Notes: generated from the sequence alone by a model not told the origin. A stretch of DNA of 64,000 nt from Octopus vulgaris (GCA_951406725.2 OX597816.1:45632001-45696000); one strand, 5' to 3'; counted from the first letter of the stretch, positions 1-14,267 are shown. Made by a program: numbers and translations.

Positions 1-361
1 ATAATAATTAATAATAATAATAATTAATAATAATAATAAAATACAATGAATGACTGATAATTAAATAATCAAAAATAAATTTTCACATTTTACAATAATA
101 ATGTCTTAGGGATACAAGAACTATAGCAGAAACTCATTTTGGACAAAGGCAGTAAAAAAAAAAATAATTAAAATAAGGATGGGTGAACTGAGGGAAAAAT
201 ATACGTTTTGAATTTGAATGAATCATTTAAGTTGTTTAGAATAATTCAATTTTTAAAATTTCTTTCGGATTATAGTATTATGGTGCCCATCTTCATATTG
301 TTTCTCGCATATAACTGATTAATTCATAGCTTATTTATCAATACTATTTATAAATACTGTT

Positions 362-630
362 CAGCCTCGCCTGGGCCCCGTGCCGGTGTCATATAAAAAG
401 CACCATCCGATCGTGGCCGTTTGCCAGACTTGTCTGGCACCTGTGCCGGTGGCACATAAAAAGCACCCACAACACTCATGGAGTGGTTGGCATTAGGAAG
501 GGCATCCAGCTGTAGAAACATTGCCAGATCAAAATGGGCCTGGTGCAGCCTTCTGGCTTCCCAGACCCCAGTTGAACTGTCCAACCCATGCTAGCATGGA
601 AAGTGGACGCTAAACGATGATGATGATCAT
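362..630 (+). mobile_element. SINE-like retroelement with (GAT)n tail (family A)
   Basis: 3' end ccaacccatgctagcatggaaagtggacgctaaacgatgatgatg; internal gtgccggtggcac-taaaaagcacc units; near-identical copies elsewhere in the window. Confidence 0.85.
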
Positions 631-2005
631 GTTCATCAATACCAGTCATGTAATAGAGGCATTTGATAGGATATGATAGAATAACATTTCCTAAATGTTT
701 ATCCTTTAACAGACTGTTTATTTTTCTACGCTTTATTAGCAATGGAAGCTGTATAAGTTCAAAATTAGAAATCTGCAAACATACTTGATGTGTGTGTATG
801 TTGAAAGACCTTATTTTGTGGTGTACATCTTCAAGTATCTCTTACAAACATACATTGTTAAAAAACGCAGAAAAATAGCAGAAGCAACAGGTCACCCAGT
901 ACTGGTAATAGAAATAGAATTGCTGTATCTAAATTTCTGCTTGTTAGTTTCTTCAGCAGCTAACATCCATGTCACCTCGTGTCAAGTAAACACCAGCTGC
1001 TAGCTGATATAGTTAAACAGTGATAGAAAGGTCACGAATGTTGCATTTTGCTGACAAGTTGAATAAAAATTCATCCTTAGAAACAAAAGCAGTATTAATT
1101 CGAAATTAGCAATCTGTATATATAAAGTGTGTATATATTAAAAGCCTTACTAAACTCTGGAAATCATCTTAAAATATCTCTTATAAAAGTGCTGGAATTA
1201 TTTACCTTCATTTACCAAATTGTTCTAGTTTGTTTATCATGTTAGCTATACTATGAAACTTTGAGAAGTAAAATGAATGTATTTCTAAGAAGGTGAATCA
1301 CAAATCCATGTAAAAAATAGAAAAAGAGGAAAATATACAAAATCATATAACACAGCAGCACATATTCCAAAGAATGAAGAAACGAAATGGGGGGCCCAAG
1401 GAATCATATTGTGATTGTCACAAATGACACTACCATTATTACAGCTGAACTAGTTTGTCCAATTTTGTTTGCATAATTAATGAGGTTGATTTACAAAATC
1501 TAAATAGAACTGAAAAAAAAAAAAAATGAAAAGAAATTTGTCCAAAAATATATGTTATTATTATACTATAAAGGAATTTATGTATGACATAAATCTTGTT
1601 GGTTTTTTTTTGTTTAAAAAGAAAAATTAGAAGAAAAAAAAATCACTGGAGCTACTAAGCTGAGAAGAAACTTGGAAGCAGGTAAACAGCATGAATTAGA
1701 AGAGGATACATTTTGTCAAAAATTCTAGTAAGATGAGAAGATTAAATTAGAAAAAGAATGAATATTGTTTTGAAAGTACATTTTAAAAAGACAGGTTTTG
1801 TCAATTTTTTTTATTCATTTTTTTTTTTTGCTTGTTTTAGGTAAGATATTAAAGGAGGAAGAGAAAACAAAACTATCTCTTCTGGTAAAAAAAAAATATT
1901 AGAAGGAAAATAAATTTTAAACACAGATGTTCTAGAAGTTCTACTATTTGTATTTTGTCCAATTCAAATACTACAAAATCTACATTTTAAATTACACACA
2001 CACAT

Positions 2006-2069
<64 letters not shown>

Positions 2070-2234
2070 GTCAAACAGTATCCCTAGTACTATAAGTTGA
2101 ATGCCTTGAAATTAAATGGAATATTGGAAGTTTCAATGAGAAGAGGTGGGTGAAATGGTGATGATAATGGCATGATGATGATGATAGAAAAGAATATATT
2201 TTGAGAAGGTTCTGAATTTGTATTTATCTTACTG

Positions 2235-2270
<36 letters not shown>

Positions 2271-3267
2271 TTTATTTTGTTGCTGTTTCTTTCAGGAAAG
2301 CAAAATGGCCAACAGAAAAGAAAGAAAAAAGCTTTACTGCCACAGACTAAGTTAGAGCTTTAAAAAAAAAAAAAAATTTAAAGTTGAAGGGAAAAAAGGA
2401 GGAGGACAAAATGTACAACTTGTGTCAAGTATATAACAATGATTTGGAGAGAACAAAGGAAGAAAAAAAAAACAATTACATAATTCTTTTATGTTTGTGA
2501 TTAAAAAAAAAATTGTAAGATGTTAAGGGTTGCAATGACCCCTAAATCGTTATTGAAATATAATTAAAACAAGAAACAATTTGGACAGGTGAGAAAGGAA
2601 GACTCAAAATTTAAACAGGAAAACTCAAAATAAGAGTAAAGTAACTGTTTTGTTGTTATTGTTTTGGTTTTTTTTTTTTCGTTTCTTTTTTTTTTTTCAA
2701 ATGTAAAAAGATAATTTGAAATGAAAATATATATACATATATATATTTTCAATTGGAAGAATAGCCGTAAGGGGAAATAACTTTTCATTTTAAATTGTAT
2801 TTTTTTCAGTTTTTTTTTTTTTTTTTTGCTTCTGTCACATTTTTTTTGCTTTATTTTGTGGCTATTTCCCCAGATCAAAAATGTTGGTAAAATGATTACT
2901 AAACAACTACAAGAGTAGAAAAAAAAAATAACATTCCCATTTAATATTTACACTCTCTATCCATTGCACTTCTCCATCAGACTTATATGCAATGTAATTT
3001 AAGAGTGTGTGTGTAGTTATGAATGTCTATGTGTAATCTGTTTTATAAAGTAAAAGAGGATCTTCATACAGACTTCTTATATAAACTCATTCACACGCAG
3101 AGTATTGGTCCATAGTCAGCAAAATTAAATATTTTACCTTCGTTATCCTAACCTAATTATATAAATGTGCAAAGAGAATCACAAATATCTTAGGTTTTTT
3201 TTTTTGTTTTTGCTTTTTTTCTTATTTGAGGAATCTATCTACTTAGAGTAAAGTTTTGATTAATAAT

Positions 3268-3990
3268 TTCTTACATAGGCACAAGGCCAGAAATTTGAAG
3301 GGAGGGAACAGTCGATAAAAATTAACCCCTGTACTCATCAGGTACCATATTTTATCCTTGGAAGGATGAACAGCAAAGTTGACTTCGACAGGATTTGAAC
3401 TTGTAATATATAAAGAAAAAGTCAGAACAAATACCACAAGAATTTTTGTTTTTTTTTTCCTGTGGGGATTTAACAATTCTTCTAGTTCAATCGCACTTCT
3501 TAAACATAGCTATTTCTAAAATGAGCACAAGACCAGAAAGTGGGAGGAGGAGGGGGTCGGTTGATTACATCAATCCCCAGTAAATGACTGGTACTTTATT
3601 TTTAACGAACCCAAAAGGCAAAGTTGAACTTGGCAGTATTTGAACTAAGAATGTAGAATTGAGGGGAAAAAATGCATCTAAGCATTTTTGTTCAGGATGC
3701 TAATTTATGCTGCCACCTTACTGCCTTTTTTTTTCGTTTTGGTCTGTTTTTATTGTTGCTTTTTTTTTTTAATTTCTTTTAAAATTTTAGCACATGGCCA
3801 GAATTTTTGAGGGAAGGATGCTAGTTGACACCATCAACCCTAGTATTTGACTGGTTTTATTTTTTATCAACCCTGGAGGGATGAAAGGTGAAAGTTGATC
3901 TTGGCAGGATTTGAACTCAGAATGTAAAAAGAACAGCAACTAATACCATAAGAAATTTTGTCCAACACTAACAATTCTACCAATCCCCCA
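3268..3990 (-). mobile_element. Three diverged tandem copies of tRNA-like SINE family C
   Basis: Repeated cacaaggccagaaattt...ggatgaaaggcaaagttgac...gaatttgaactcaga consensus. Confidence 0.75.
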
Positions 3991-4312
3991 CCCTCAATAA
4001 CTCAATAATAATAATAATAATCACAAAGTTTAAGTTTCTTTTGAAAAAAAAAAAAAATTAACATCACATGGTTCTCTCCAGAAAGGTACAAAGTCAGTAA
4101 GTTGAAAGTTTATAATAGATTTTTTTCTTTTTTTTTTTTTACCTTTAAAACACCAGACAGAGCATCAAGTTGTGTGGAAACATGGGAATAAGATCTCATT
4201 GGGTATTGGTGTGCATGTGTGTATACATGCAAGTGTATACGCATACAAATACAAAACATTTGTCTCACATATGTAGAACAGTTAAACTGAATGAAATGAG
4301 AAATCAGTGTAT

Positions 4313-4356
<44 letters not shown>

Positions 4357-4914
4357 ATGAATATATAGGTACGTATGCATAATTGTATAGTTTTTCAATG
4401 ATGTATAAAGTATACACAATTATGTATGTATAAAGTACAGCCAGCCATCATCAGCAAGAGAGTATGCTTTGATAATATTCGTGATACCTTCACTATTTGT
4501 TTTAGGTGCCTATGGAAACATGAGCACACATCGATACACATTCACTATTACAGGGCCCTGCACTCTTGGCCTAGTGGCATGTGAAAGATGTGAGAGTTGG
4601 TTGAGAGAGAGAGAGAGAGAGAAACAGAGAGAGACAGACAGAGACAGAGAGAGACAGAGTGTTGCCCAAGCAAGTGTCTGGTATTCATTTACTGTAGAGC
4701 AGATTAGAGCAAAATGCCTCACTCTGGAGACACAAAATCTGGTTAGTCAAGGAATTGAACCCACGAATTATAATGTAACGGCCAAACATCCTTGCCTATA
4801 AACCACACACACACACATCAGACTTGTATGGCATCTGGCTGTCTGAGATCATGTGTTCAAATTGAAACACTTTCATTCTGGAAGAAGAATCCTGGCAGCT
4901 ACCTAAAATGTATG

Positions 4915-4951
4915 TGCACACACACATATCTATACTGTTTCATATATATAG

Positions 4952-4983
<32 letters not shown>

Positions 4984-5264
4984 ATGTGTGTGTGTGTATA
5001 TATATATATATATACATACATATATATACACACACACATATTTATATACACATATATATACATATATATACACATATATATATACACATATATATGCACA
5101 TATATATATACATACATATATATATATACATATATATATACACATATATACATACATATATACACATATACACATATATATATACATATATACACATATA
5201 TATATACATATATATATACACAATATATATATACATATATACACATATATATATATACATATAT

Positions 5265-5303
<39 letters not shown>

Positions 5304-5306
5304 TAT

Positions 5307-5339
<33 letters not shown>

Positions 5340-5378
5340 CATACACATATACATATTTACACACACATGCACACACAA
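4915..5378. repeat. Compound (TA)/(CA)/(TG) microsatellite; similar tracts at 5770-5890, 8820-9185, 10620-11000 and elsewhere
   Basis: Direct inspection; explains the YI/HT-rich spurious ORFs. Confidence 0.97.
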
Positions 5379-5816
5379 AGTGTGAGAAAAGATTCAGCGT
5401 AATGTTACCACTGCCATGGTACAGACCCAGTGACCAGGTTACAGATGTAAAACAACGTATTTCGGTGAGGGGAACATAGTACATAACGAACACTAAGAAA
5501 ATTAGACAAAACAAAAGTGAATATAGTGGTACATGACTTTTAAATGAAAATTATGAATACCACAACTGTACTTGTTATTTGTATATAAGTAGTAAAAGGT
5601 ACCGCCAAGGAGAGCTTACCCGTTTCACAGATTATCACTGCACGTGTGAAATGGATGAGCCAACCATGGGACCTTTTTACTTTTATTAAGCATGTCCAAG
5701 TCTACCTGACAGGTAAATTAAATAGTCATTTGAACTATTGTCTTCACAGTTCCATACTGGGCATATTCCATACATACATACATACATTATATATAAATAT
5801 ATATATATAATGTATG

Positions 5817-5884
<68 letters not shown>

Positions 5885-8800
5885 TATATATACAAAATGA
5901 TGAACACAAACATATTTAACATACATATAATTTAGGTCTCCCTGGTTTAAGAAAACTCACTGACACAGAGAGATACAGAAGACATTCAATGCAAATGCTG
6001 CCAGAAGCTAGTAAATGGGTGTAATAACCCAGCATGGGTTGGGAATGGGGTATTTCTCTTGTTTTCATTTTTTTCTTAATTAAAAAAAAGTGGGGGAGGG
6101 GGTTCATGTTATTTAACACAGTCCTCTTAATGAACACTGCTGAAATTAGCAAATTTTGCCCTTGCCCAAATGAATACATATGCAAGTCTAACAGTCTGTT
6201 AGACTTGCAGAATAAGGCCACGCTTACAACTGAATATCTTAATTCTCACCACCATCACCCCCGCTAAATTTTTTTTCTTCTTTTCTTTTCCCCTCCCTTC
6301 CCAATAATTCTGAGCTGACACGAGGGCAATGCTCCAAGGGGCTGAATCAAATCAGTCTTTTCTTTTTTTTGTTTTTTGTTATTTTTTTTTTTTTGTTTTT
6401 AATAAACAGAAATCACAACCAAGAGATGTCTGCTGAAACTGAGACTGGTAGGGTGGGGCAAGAAAACAACACATACACACACACACACACACAAATTTAA
6501 AAAAAAAAAAAATGAACAACAATTGATATCTAGATCAAAAATGGGAATGTAACTACACGTCCAGTTTTCTGCGAATAAATCTTTGCAGACCAACTGAAAG
6601 AATGGCACCAGAAACGTACTATGGAGAGAGACTATCAGATATCACCAATGTCTCATATATTACATATATAAATGTTTTGGGATTTTTTTTTTTTGTTTTA
6701 GAAAAAATTTTGAATTGGAAGAAAATTAAAAATTAAAAAAAAAAAGCATAAGAGGTGAAATATTAATTATTCTAACAATGTACAAGGACAAGTGTGATGC
6801 AGAATTTTTATATTTCAGTGAAAGAGATGGAGTGGAGAGAAGCAGCCTTTTTTTTTATCCCAGAGGAAAAGAAAAAAAAAATTCAAAAACGGAATATATC
6901 CAGATTGGATTGAAACTTCAAAGGAAGGAATATAGAAAAAGAAAAGGATAGGGGTATTGTTTTCTATAAAAAGTGTAGCTAATTTTCGAATATTTAATAT
7001 TTAAATAAGAAAAATATGAATTTTGAATATCATTCAATAGTTTAATAGACATCACAAAGTACCTACTTTCTAATGAGAAACATGACAAAAAAGGAGACTT
7101 CGTTAAGATGATGCTGACATTATTTGGTGGTATGTAATGACAACAGACAAACGAACAGACAAATTTATGCCATATGGACATTCTAGAATTTTTGGCAAAG
7201 TTAAATGAAAACAATAATCAGGAGAAATATATTGACTGCAACACAAATATGGATAGGTGACTGTTAAGTCAAACCATTATCCTTATTTGTGTGTGTACAT
7301 ATCTATATGAGTATGTGTGTATATACACACAAATACACAAACTTATGCACATCTATGTATAAATACATGTACATGTACATATGCATGATTACACACACAC
7401 ACGTGCAAAACACACTCATATACATACACACACACAAAGTTGTAAACATACATATGTATCTCAAAAATGTCCATATAATATCCTTAAATCGACTTTACAT
7501 TAAAAATCTAATTGGTTAATCCATAAATGATTTGTGTGTAGGTGTAAAGACACACATACATTTTTAATAAAGAATCCTAAAGAAAATCTAGAATCAAAAG
7601 TAACAATCCATTGAGTCCACACAGCTAAATTTTCCTCTACGGCAAACAGTACAATAAAAATAAAAAACAAAAAAATTTTAAACAGTTTAAAATTTCAGAA
7701 ATTGCTAGAAGCAGTACCTAACTTTTTAGAGCCATTCTTTTGCTTACTTATAGATTTTTATTGCTAAGAATGTGTTTTTTGTTTTTTTTTTAAATTCTCT
7801 TTACCAAACTTGAGGGAGGAAAAACAATTACAGCAAGAACAAGATGGAATTGTTCTATCAATCACCCTTATTTGATTTATATCTTGAGAACCTAAACTAC
7901 ATAAAAGTAAAGGAAAGAAGGAAAGAAAATATGGTAAATGTTGCAATTTATAGAACACATCAATTTAAAGAATCTATTTTCCATTAGGAATAAGAATGAA
8001 ATTCTCTCAAGACACATGTGAAAATCTGAAGACAGTGAGCCAGAAAAATCTTCATTTCTGACAAACTCCAAGATTTTTTTTTTTTCTTGTTATAGAGCAA
8101 GGGAAATAAGATTACATATTGTTGATGCTTTTCTCAAATGCAACCAAACAGCAAAATATAATTTTAAAAACCAAAAACAAACAAAAGAAAACAGAAAGGA
8201 ATGGAGTGTCACAAACATGGCTTACCAAGAGTCCACCTCTAAAGAACCCATCACAAAGGTAGGCTAAATAAAATAAGGTTTCTTTTAACCCTTTTGCTAC
8301 AATATTTCTATTGGAATACATTGCATTTCTGAAGTTAAATTGGGAAAATAATGAAGAAATTTAACAAATTATCTTCATCATTATAAAGCTGGTTAATGGA
8401 AAATTTTGAGGGAAGATTTTGATTCAGATCATTTATACCAAGAAGTTTGTTTCATACAACCAGGGATCGTCTCAGACAAGGCTGGTATCAAAAGGCCCAA
8501 AGAATGTACCATGTGCTACACTAATAAAGGATGAGGAACTTGCAACATAAATAGGGAAAGGAACCTAGATCATTGACTCTGGTTCATACTGGTTTAAGTA
8601 ATTGGTGGAATGTGATATTTGGGATGTGCAATATTTTTTTAGCTAAGGACATAAAGGGTGATGATTGATGTTTCTTGGTTTAAACAACAAATGAAATTCT
8701 GGTACAGCTCGCCTGGGGTTCCCAGAAGCTTACTCTGTAGCTTGCCAAAATGGGACATGAAAAAATAAAATCAACACAAAGCAAAGCAATATAACTTCAC

Positions 8801-9101
8801 CTATATGCGTGTACAAGTGCGTGTATGTATGTGTATATATATATATACTTACATATAAGACCAAAATATACATACACACACACATTATATATATATATAT
8901 ATATATACATATACATACACATTATATATATATATATATATACATACACACACATCATATATATGTATATAAACACATACTATTTTCATGTATAAGGTAT
9001 ACCAATTATTTTGTATATTTGCACTTGTGTGCATGCATATATACATGTATATGTATGTGTAAGTTTGTGCACATATATGTGTGTACATATATGTATGTAT
9101 G

Positions 9102-9158
<57 letters not shown>

Positions 9159-9894
9159 TTTTTTCTATATATATATATATATATGAACAAAAATCCATTC
9201 ATAGTCACGTAAAACAGAGCATGATGTTGGAAGCATCAACAAAGAAGAGAAGAGAAATCTAGCAAGTGGCTGAAGAAAAACAAGATAAAAAAAATTTAGA
9301 CTTTACAAAAGAGGTATGAAATTCACAACTAACTAATTGTTCCAGTCAGGCACAACATAACATTAACATAAATTATCATTCATTATGATCAGCATAGTGA
9401 AATACTTAACTTGGTGTCTCCTAATATCATTTAGAAAAGTGATTTTTTTTTTTTTCACTTCATATTAAGTTATAAAAAAAAAAAAAAACTCGTTTGAGCT
9501 TTTGGTTGGGTTTTTTTTTTTGTTTTTGTTTTCTTTTAAAGTTTTAGTAATTAAATTCTACAGTATCTACAATGCTGCTTTGAAATCTATCCATGGTAGT
9601 CTAAATTTGATTACTATCAGACTCGCATTGGTTTCCATTAGGAATCAATCTAAAAGACTAGAAAAAAACAGCAGCATAAAAGGATGTACTGGAGGGTGAG
9701 GAGGAGGAGGAGAAGCAAGAGGGGGAAGAGAGACTGAAAGGAAGGGAGGTAGGGATAGAAAGAGAAAGAGACAGACAGACAGACAGTAGATGTGGTTTCT
9801 GGGATGGTGAATTGTAGTCTGGGAGAAGAGATGAAATTATTACTTCGATGATGATACTGACGATGATAATGATGGTGATGATTGTGTCTGATTT

Positions 9895-10440
9895 AAGCAC
9901 AAGTCCAGCAAATTTCGAGAGGAGACAAAGGGAGGTTAGCTGATTTAAACTGACCCCAGCACCGGCTAGAATGGTACCTTTATTTTATTGACTCCCAAAA
10001 GGATGAAAGACAAAGTTGGCTTTGGTGCGATTTGAACTCAGAATCTGGAGAGCTGGAAGAGATAGCACAAAGCAATTTTCTCTGATACTCAAATGATTCA
10101 GCCAATCCACTGCCCTCAATAATGAAAAAAAAAAAAAAAAAAAATGATAACGAAAATGATGACGATGATAATAATGATGATGATGGGTTTTAAACTTTGG
10201 CACAAGGCCGCAAATGTATGGCGAGAGAGGGGGGATAGAAGGGAGAGATTAACAATTAAACCAACACCACCACCACCATCATCACCCCCACCCCACCCAG
10301 TACATGGCTGGTGTTTATTATATTGACCCTGGAAGAATGAAAAAAAAAAAAAAGGGTAAAGTCAACACTTAGCATGGGGTGAACTCATAATATAACTAAA
10401 AACCACTAGGAAATTAGTCTGGCACTTAGAGTTTCTGCCA
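9895..10440 (-). mobile_element. Two family C SINE copies
   Basis: Same consensus; flanked by GAT/AAT microsatellites. Confidence 0.7.
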
Positions 10441-10616
10441 TTAATAATAATAATCATAATAATAATAATAATAATAAACATACTCAGTTTGAACAATGAA
10501 ATTGAGCATCAATACTAAATATATTATTCCATCATTCAACTTATATGCAAAATAATTATTTTTAAAAATTGCATTGTGTCCCATGCAAACTTAACAGCTT
10601 CGCTGTTTTATATTTG

Positions 10617-10662
<46 letters not shown>

Positions 10663-10939
10663 TATATATATATTATATATGCATAGATATACATAGATAC
10701 ATACGTATGTATGTGTGTGTGTGTGTATAAATATATATATATATATATATATATACATACATACATACACGGAAGTGTGTATTTACATGTATTTATGTGT
10801 GTGTGTATATCTATACATATATTGTACATATATGTACACATGTACATTATACACACACACACACATGTAAACATACCCAGGTACACAAACACATATACAC
10901 ATGTCTTGTATGTGTATATATATTATATATATATGTGTG

Positions 10940-11003
<64 letters not shown>

Positions 11004-11943
11004 ATTCTAGATACGAAGTAGAAAAAAAATCACATCCCAAAAAATTCATTTTTCAAAAAGGGAGAGAGAGAGAGATAGACTATAAGTGGAAAGATATAAG
11101 AAAATGAAAGAGTTAAAAAAAAAAAAGGAAGCAGTGTGAGTCAATCAAAATGTGGATAGCTGGACACATTTACAATTCCCTCCATATAATATTTTCTCTG
11201 ATATCTTCACAATAGAAAAGATTCAGAAATGGTAATCCAGCTTCTGTAGAATTGTCTTCCAATTTTTTTTTTTTCTTGTCCTGTTTGTTGATTTTATTTT
11301 TCTTAAACTCTTTAATTTTAATTTTTTTTTTTTATATTTGTTTGTTTGCTTTTTTGTTTCCTTTATTTTTTTCCCTTCCACATAAAAGAAGGAAATCACA
11401 ATAATTGCTGTTGTTGTTGTTGTTGTTGTTATGTTGTGGTAGTGGTGGTTGGGTGATGCTTTTGTAATTTTTTTTTTATTTGCTGTGTTAGTGAGGATCT
11501 TTTTTTTTTTTGTTTTTAAATTTACATATTTATTTCATTTCATGTTCTACTTCTTGAAATAGGACACAAAAATTAACTTTCGTACATCCAACTCCTCAAA
11601 ACCTTGGTATTCACATCCATTCGAATAGTTTGTTGTTTTTGACTTTTCTTTCAATTTTTTTCACAATTTTTGTTTTCTTAACCTTTAACTTCATTGAGCC
11701 ACAATTAAACTTTCACTCTCTCTCTCTCTCTCTCTCATTTTCTCTTTTTTGTCTACCCTATCTCACTAATTAACTACCAACCCTCACCTCTACCCTTTCT
11801 TTCTACCAGCCACTCTGATCCTTTCTAAACCAATCATTCATTCTCACCTGACCAATTTACCTTCTCCCCTTTCCCATTAACTGAAGTTACATACGTTTCC
11901 TTCCGATTCCTGAAATTATGTGAGGTTATGAGCCAATCAATGG

Positions 11944-13054
11944 TCACGAAACCCTCTGCTGGTTGATGGCAGACGCTGAGACATCCTCCTGTTTAACAGG
12001 GAGTCCAGATGCCAAGATACTCTCCTGGTTAGCAGAGGGTTCGGTTGTTGACACATAAACCTGGGTGGTAGCAGAGGGCTCAGATACCGAGACGTCCTGC
12101 TGATTAGCAGACGATTCAGACACTGAAACATATTGCTGGTTGGCAGAAGACCGAGACACTGAAATAGTCTGTTGGTTGGTGTCGTTAGCGGGCTCAGACA
12201 CCAAGACATTCTGTTGATTAGTGGTGGTGGTGGTGGTGGAAGTGGTGGTGGTGGTGGAGGGCTGGGGTACTGAAACATTATTTTGGTTGGCGGATGTCTC
12301 GAGCACCGAGCTGCAAACCTCTGTCCATGTTTCTGAGCCATTCAATAAGGTTGAATCTTGTGAACCAATCACGGTAAACGTCGGTGCTTCAATGGCTGGT
12401 GTAGGGGTTAGTGAGAGTGATGTGTTTGTAGTGGCTGTCGTTGCAACTACTGCAACTGCAGCTGTGGTAGATGTTTTCGTTATCTGAGTTGTCTTGATCC
12501 CTGCCAGGTTCAAAAGTGCATCTGCACCCTCGGCAATTTTCTTTTTCTCGTCTTCATCGAGAATGGGCAACCGCTTCTTACTGCGGTGTTGTCTGTTAAT
12601 GAATTTGTCCCTAGCTTCATTAGCATTTTTACCTGACTGCGGAACGAAAGGAAATCCTTCTTTCGTGACAGTCTTTGTCGCAGAGTCGATGCTTGGGCTT
12701 GCAGTTGTCATACTGACAACAGACGTAATAACTGATGCGTTTGAAGACACTGCTTGCTGAGAGCCATTAGCCTGGTGTGGGCGGTTCCCAGTATCCTCTT
12801 CGCTGAAGCTTTCTTCTTCATCAAAATCACTGTGGTAGCTGTCAAAGTCACTGTAGGCATCCTCATCATCTTCACCTTCATCTGGTTCAGGGCCAAAGTC
12901 ATACTCATCATCGATAGAAGAGCTGGATACATCATAGCTGTCGTCGTCTGTTGCTTGAGTTGATGTGGCACTGTAGTTGTGATCCTCACTCGGGCTGCTG
13001 GTACATACAATTGGGCCAGCTTGCTTTTTGCGAACAGGACCATATGGAGCACCC
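11944..13054 (-). CDS. FoxN2/3: FoxN2/3 (FOXN3/CHES1-like) forkhead transcription factor, terminal coding exon
   Basis: Acceptor tttctttcttttgcag at 13055 and up; open frame to stop at 11944, extending track ORF 11944..12750. It encodes SSPSEDHNYSATS (cf. FOXN3 EDHNYS), an acidic D/E tract, and EKKKIAEGADALLNLAGI (cf. FOXN3 C-terminal KEAAGSLLHLAGI). The motifs were recognised from memory of the family. Confidence 0.88.
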
Positions 13055-13442
13055 CTGCAAAAGAAAGAAAAAATTTAAAATAAATAAATAAATAAAATAG
13101 AATAATTCAAACTGTCGAAGATAAAACAATAACTATTAGAGTGCTATAATTCATAGGAAGAGAAAGAAAGTATGAGTGCATGTGTGTGTGCACATGCACA
13201 CAAAGACACACACACACATTAGCATCTGGCCTAGTGGTTAAGGTGTTGGACTCATGATTGTAAGACTGGGGTTTTCATTCTTGAACTGGGTGATGCATTG
13301 TGTTCCTGAACAAAAGTCTCATTTCATGTTGCTCCAGTTCACTCAGCTGGCAAAAGTGAGTAATTAAGTGATAGACTGACATCCCATCCAGGGGAAGAAT
13401 ATATACACAACAGAAACTGGTCTTATGAGTCTATATGGAGAG

Positions 13443-13960
13443 AGTGAGTGAGTGAATGAGTGAGTGAGGAGTGAGTGAGTGAGGAGTGAGTGAGTGAGGA
13501 GTGAGTGAGTGAGGAGTGAGTGAGGAGTGAGTGAGTGAGGAGTGAGTGAGTGAGTGAGGAGTGAGTGAGTGAGTGAGTGAGTGAGTGAGTGAGTGAGTGA
13601 GGAGTGAGTGAGTGAGGAGTGAGTGAGTGAGGAGTGAGTGAGTGAGTGAGTGAGTGAGTGAGTGAGGAGTGAGTGAGGAGTGAGTGAGTGAGGAGTGAGT
13701 GAGTGAGGAGTGAGTGAGTGAGGAGTGAGTGAGTGAGTGAGTGAGTGAGGAGTGAGGAGTGAGTGAGGAGTGAGTGAGTGAGTGAGTGAGTGAGTGAGTG
13801 AGTGAGTGAGTGAGTGAGTGAGTGAGTGAGGAGTGAGTGAGGAGTGAGTGAGGAGTGAGTGAGGAGTGAGTGAGGAGTGAGTGAGGAGTGAGTGAGGAGT
13901 GAGTGAGGAGTGAGTGAGTGAGTGAGTGAGTGAGTGAGTGAGTGAGTGAGTGAGTGAGTG
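13443..13960 (+). repeat. (GAGT)n/(GAG) compound microsatellite, ~520 bp
   Basis: Pure GAGT units punctuated by GAG; source of ORFs 13364..13999 and 13431..13985. Confidence 0.97.
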
Positions 13961-14267
13961 CGTGCGTGTGTATGTGTGTATGCACGTACTTTCTTTCACA
14001 ATTTCAATGTATGAGCATCCATTTTATCCAGCCAAGTGAATGATTTAGTCATTGAATTAGTCTGTAAAATGGTTGAATATTCCAGACATTTGAGGCAGAA
14101 GCACCATGACAATGTAACCAGACAAGAACTTTAAATTACAGGTACAGACCATTCAACATGCTTCTACAGTTTCAATCCACCCACTTACACTCACAAGGCT
14201 TGGGTCAACTGAGGGCTGAAGTAAAGATGTCTTGGTCAAGATGCCATACATAAAAAGCACTGGTGCT

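Larger units (their letters stand above)
700..11943 (-). other. Putative long 3' UTR / downstream region of FoxN2/3
   Basis: Follows the stop codon; U-rich on the minus strand with many poly-T runs and fewer TE copies than the introns. Candidate AATAAA on the minus strand at 737-732 and 722-717. The true end cannot be fixed from sequence. Confidence 0.4.

Noticed and set aside
4792-5514. Long overlapping ORFs rich in Y/I/H/T/C/V
   Set aside because: Translations of dinucleotide microsatellites; the same applies to ORFs at 8.8-9.2 kb and 10.6-11.1 kb.
11937-12341. Alternative-frame ORFs overlapping the FoxN2/3 exon (also 12708..13052 and the plus-strand ORFs)
   Set aside because: Shadows of the real coding frame; no independent evidence.
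13364-13999. THSL-repeat ORFs of 211 and 184 aa
   Set aside because: Translation of the (ACTC)n satellite.
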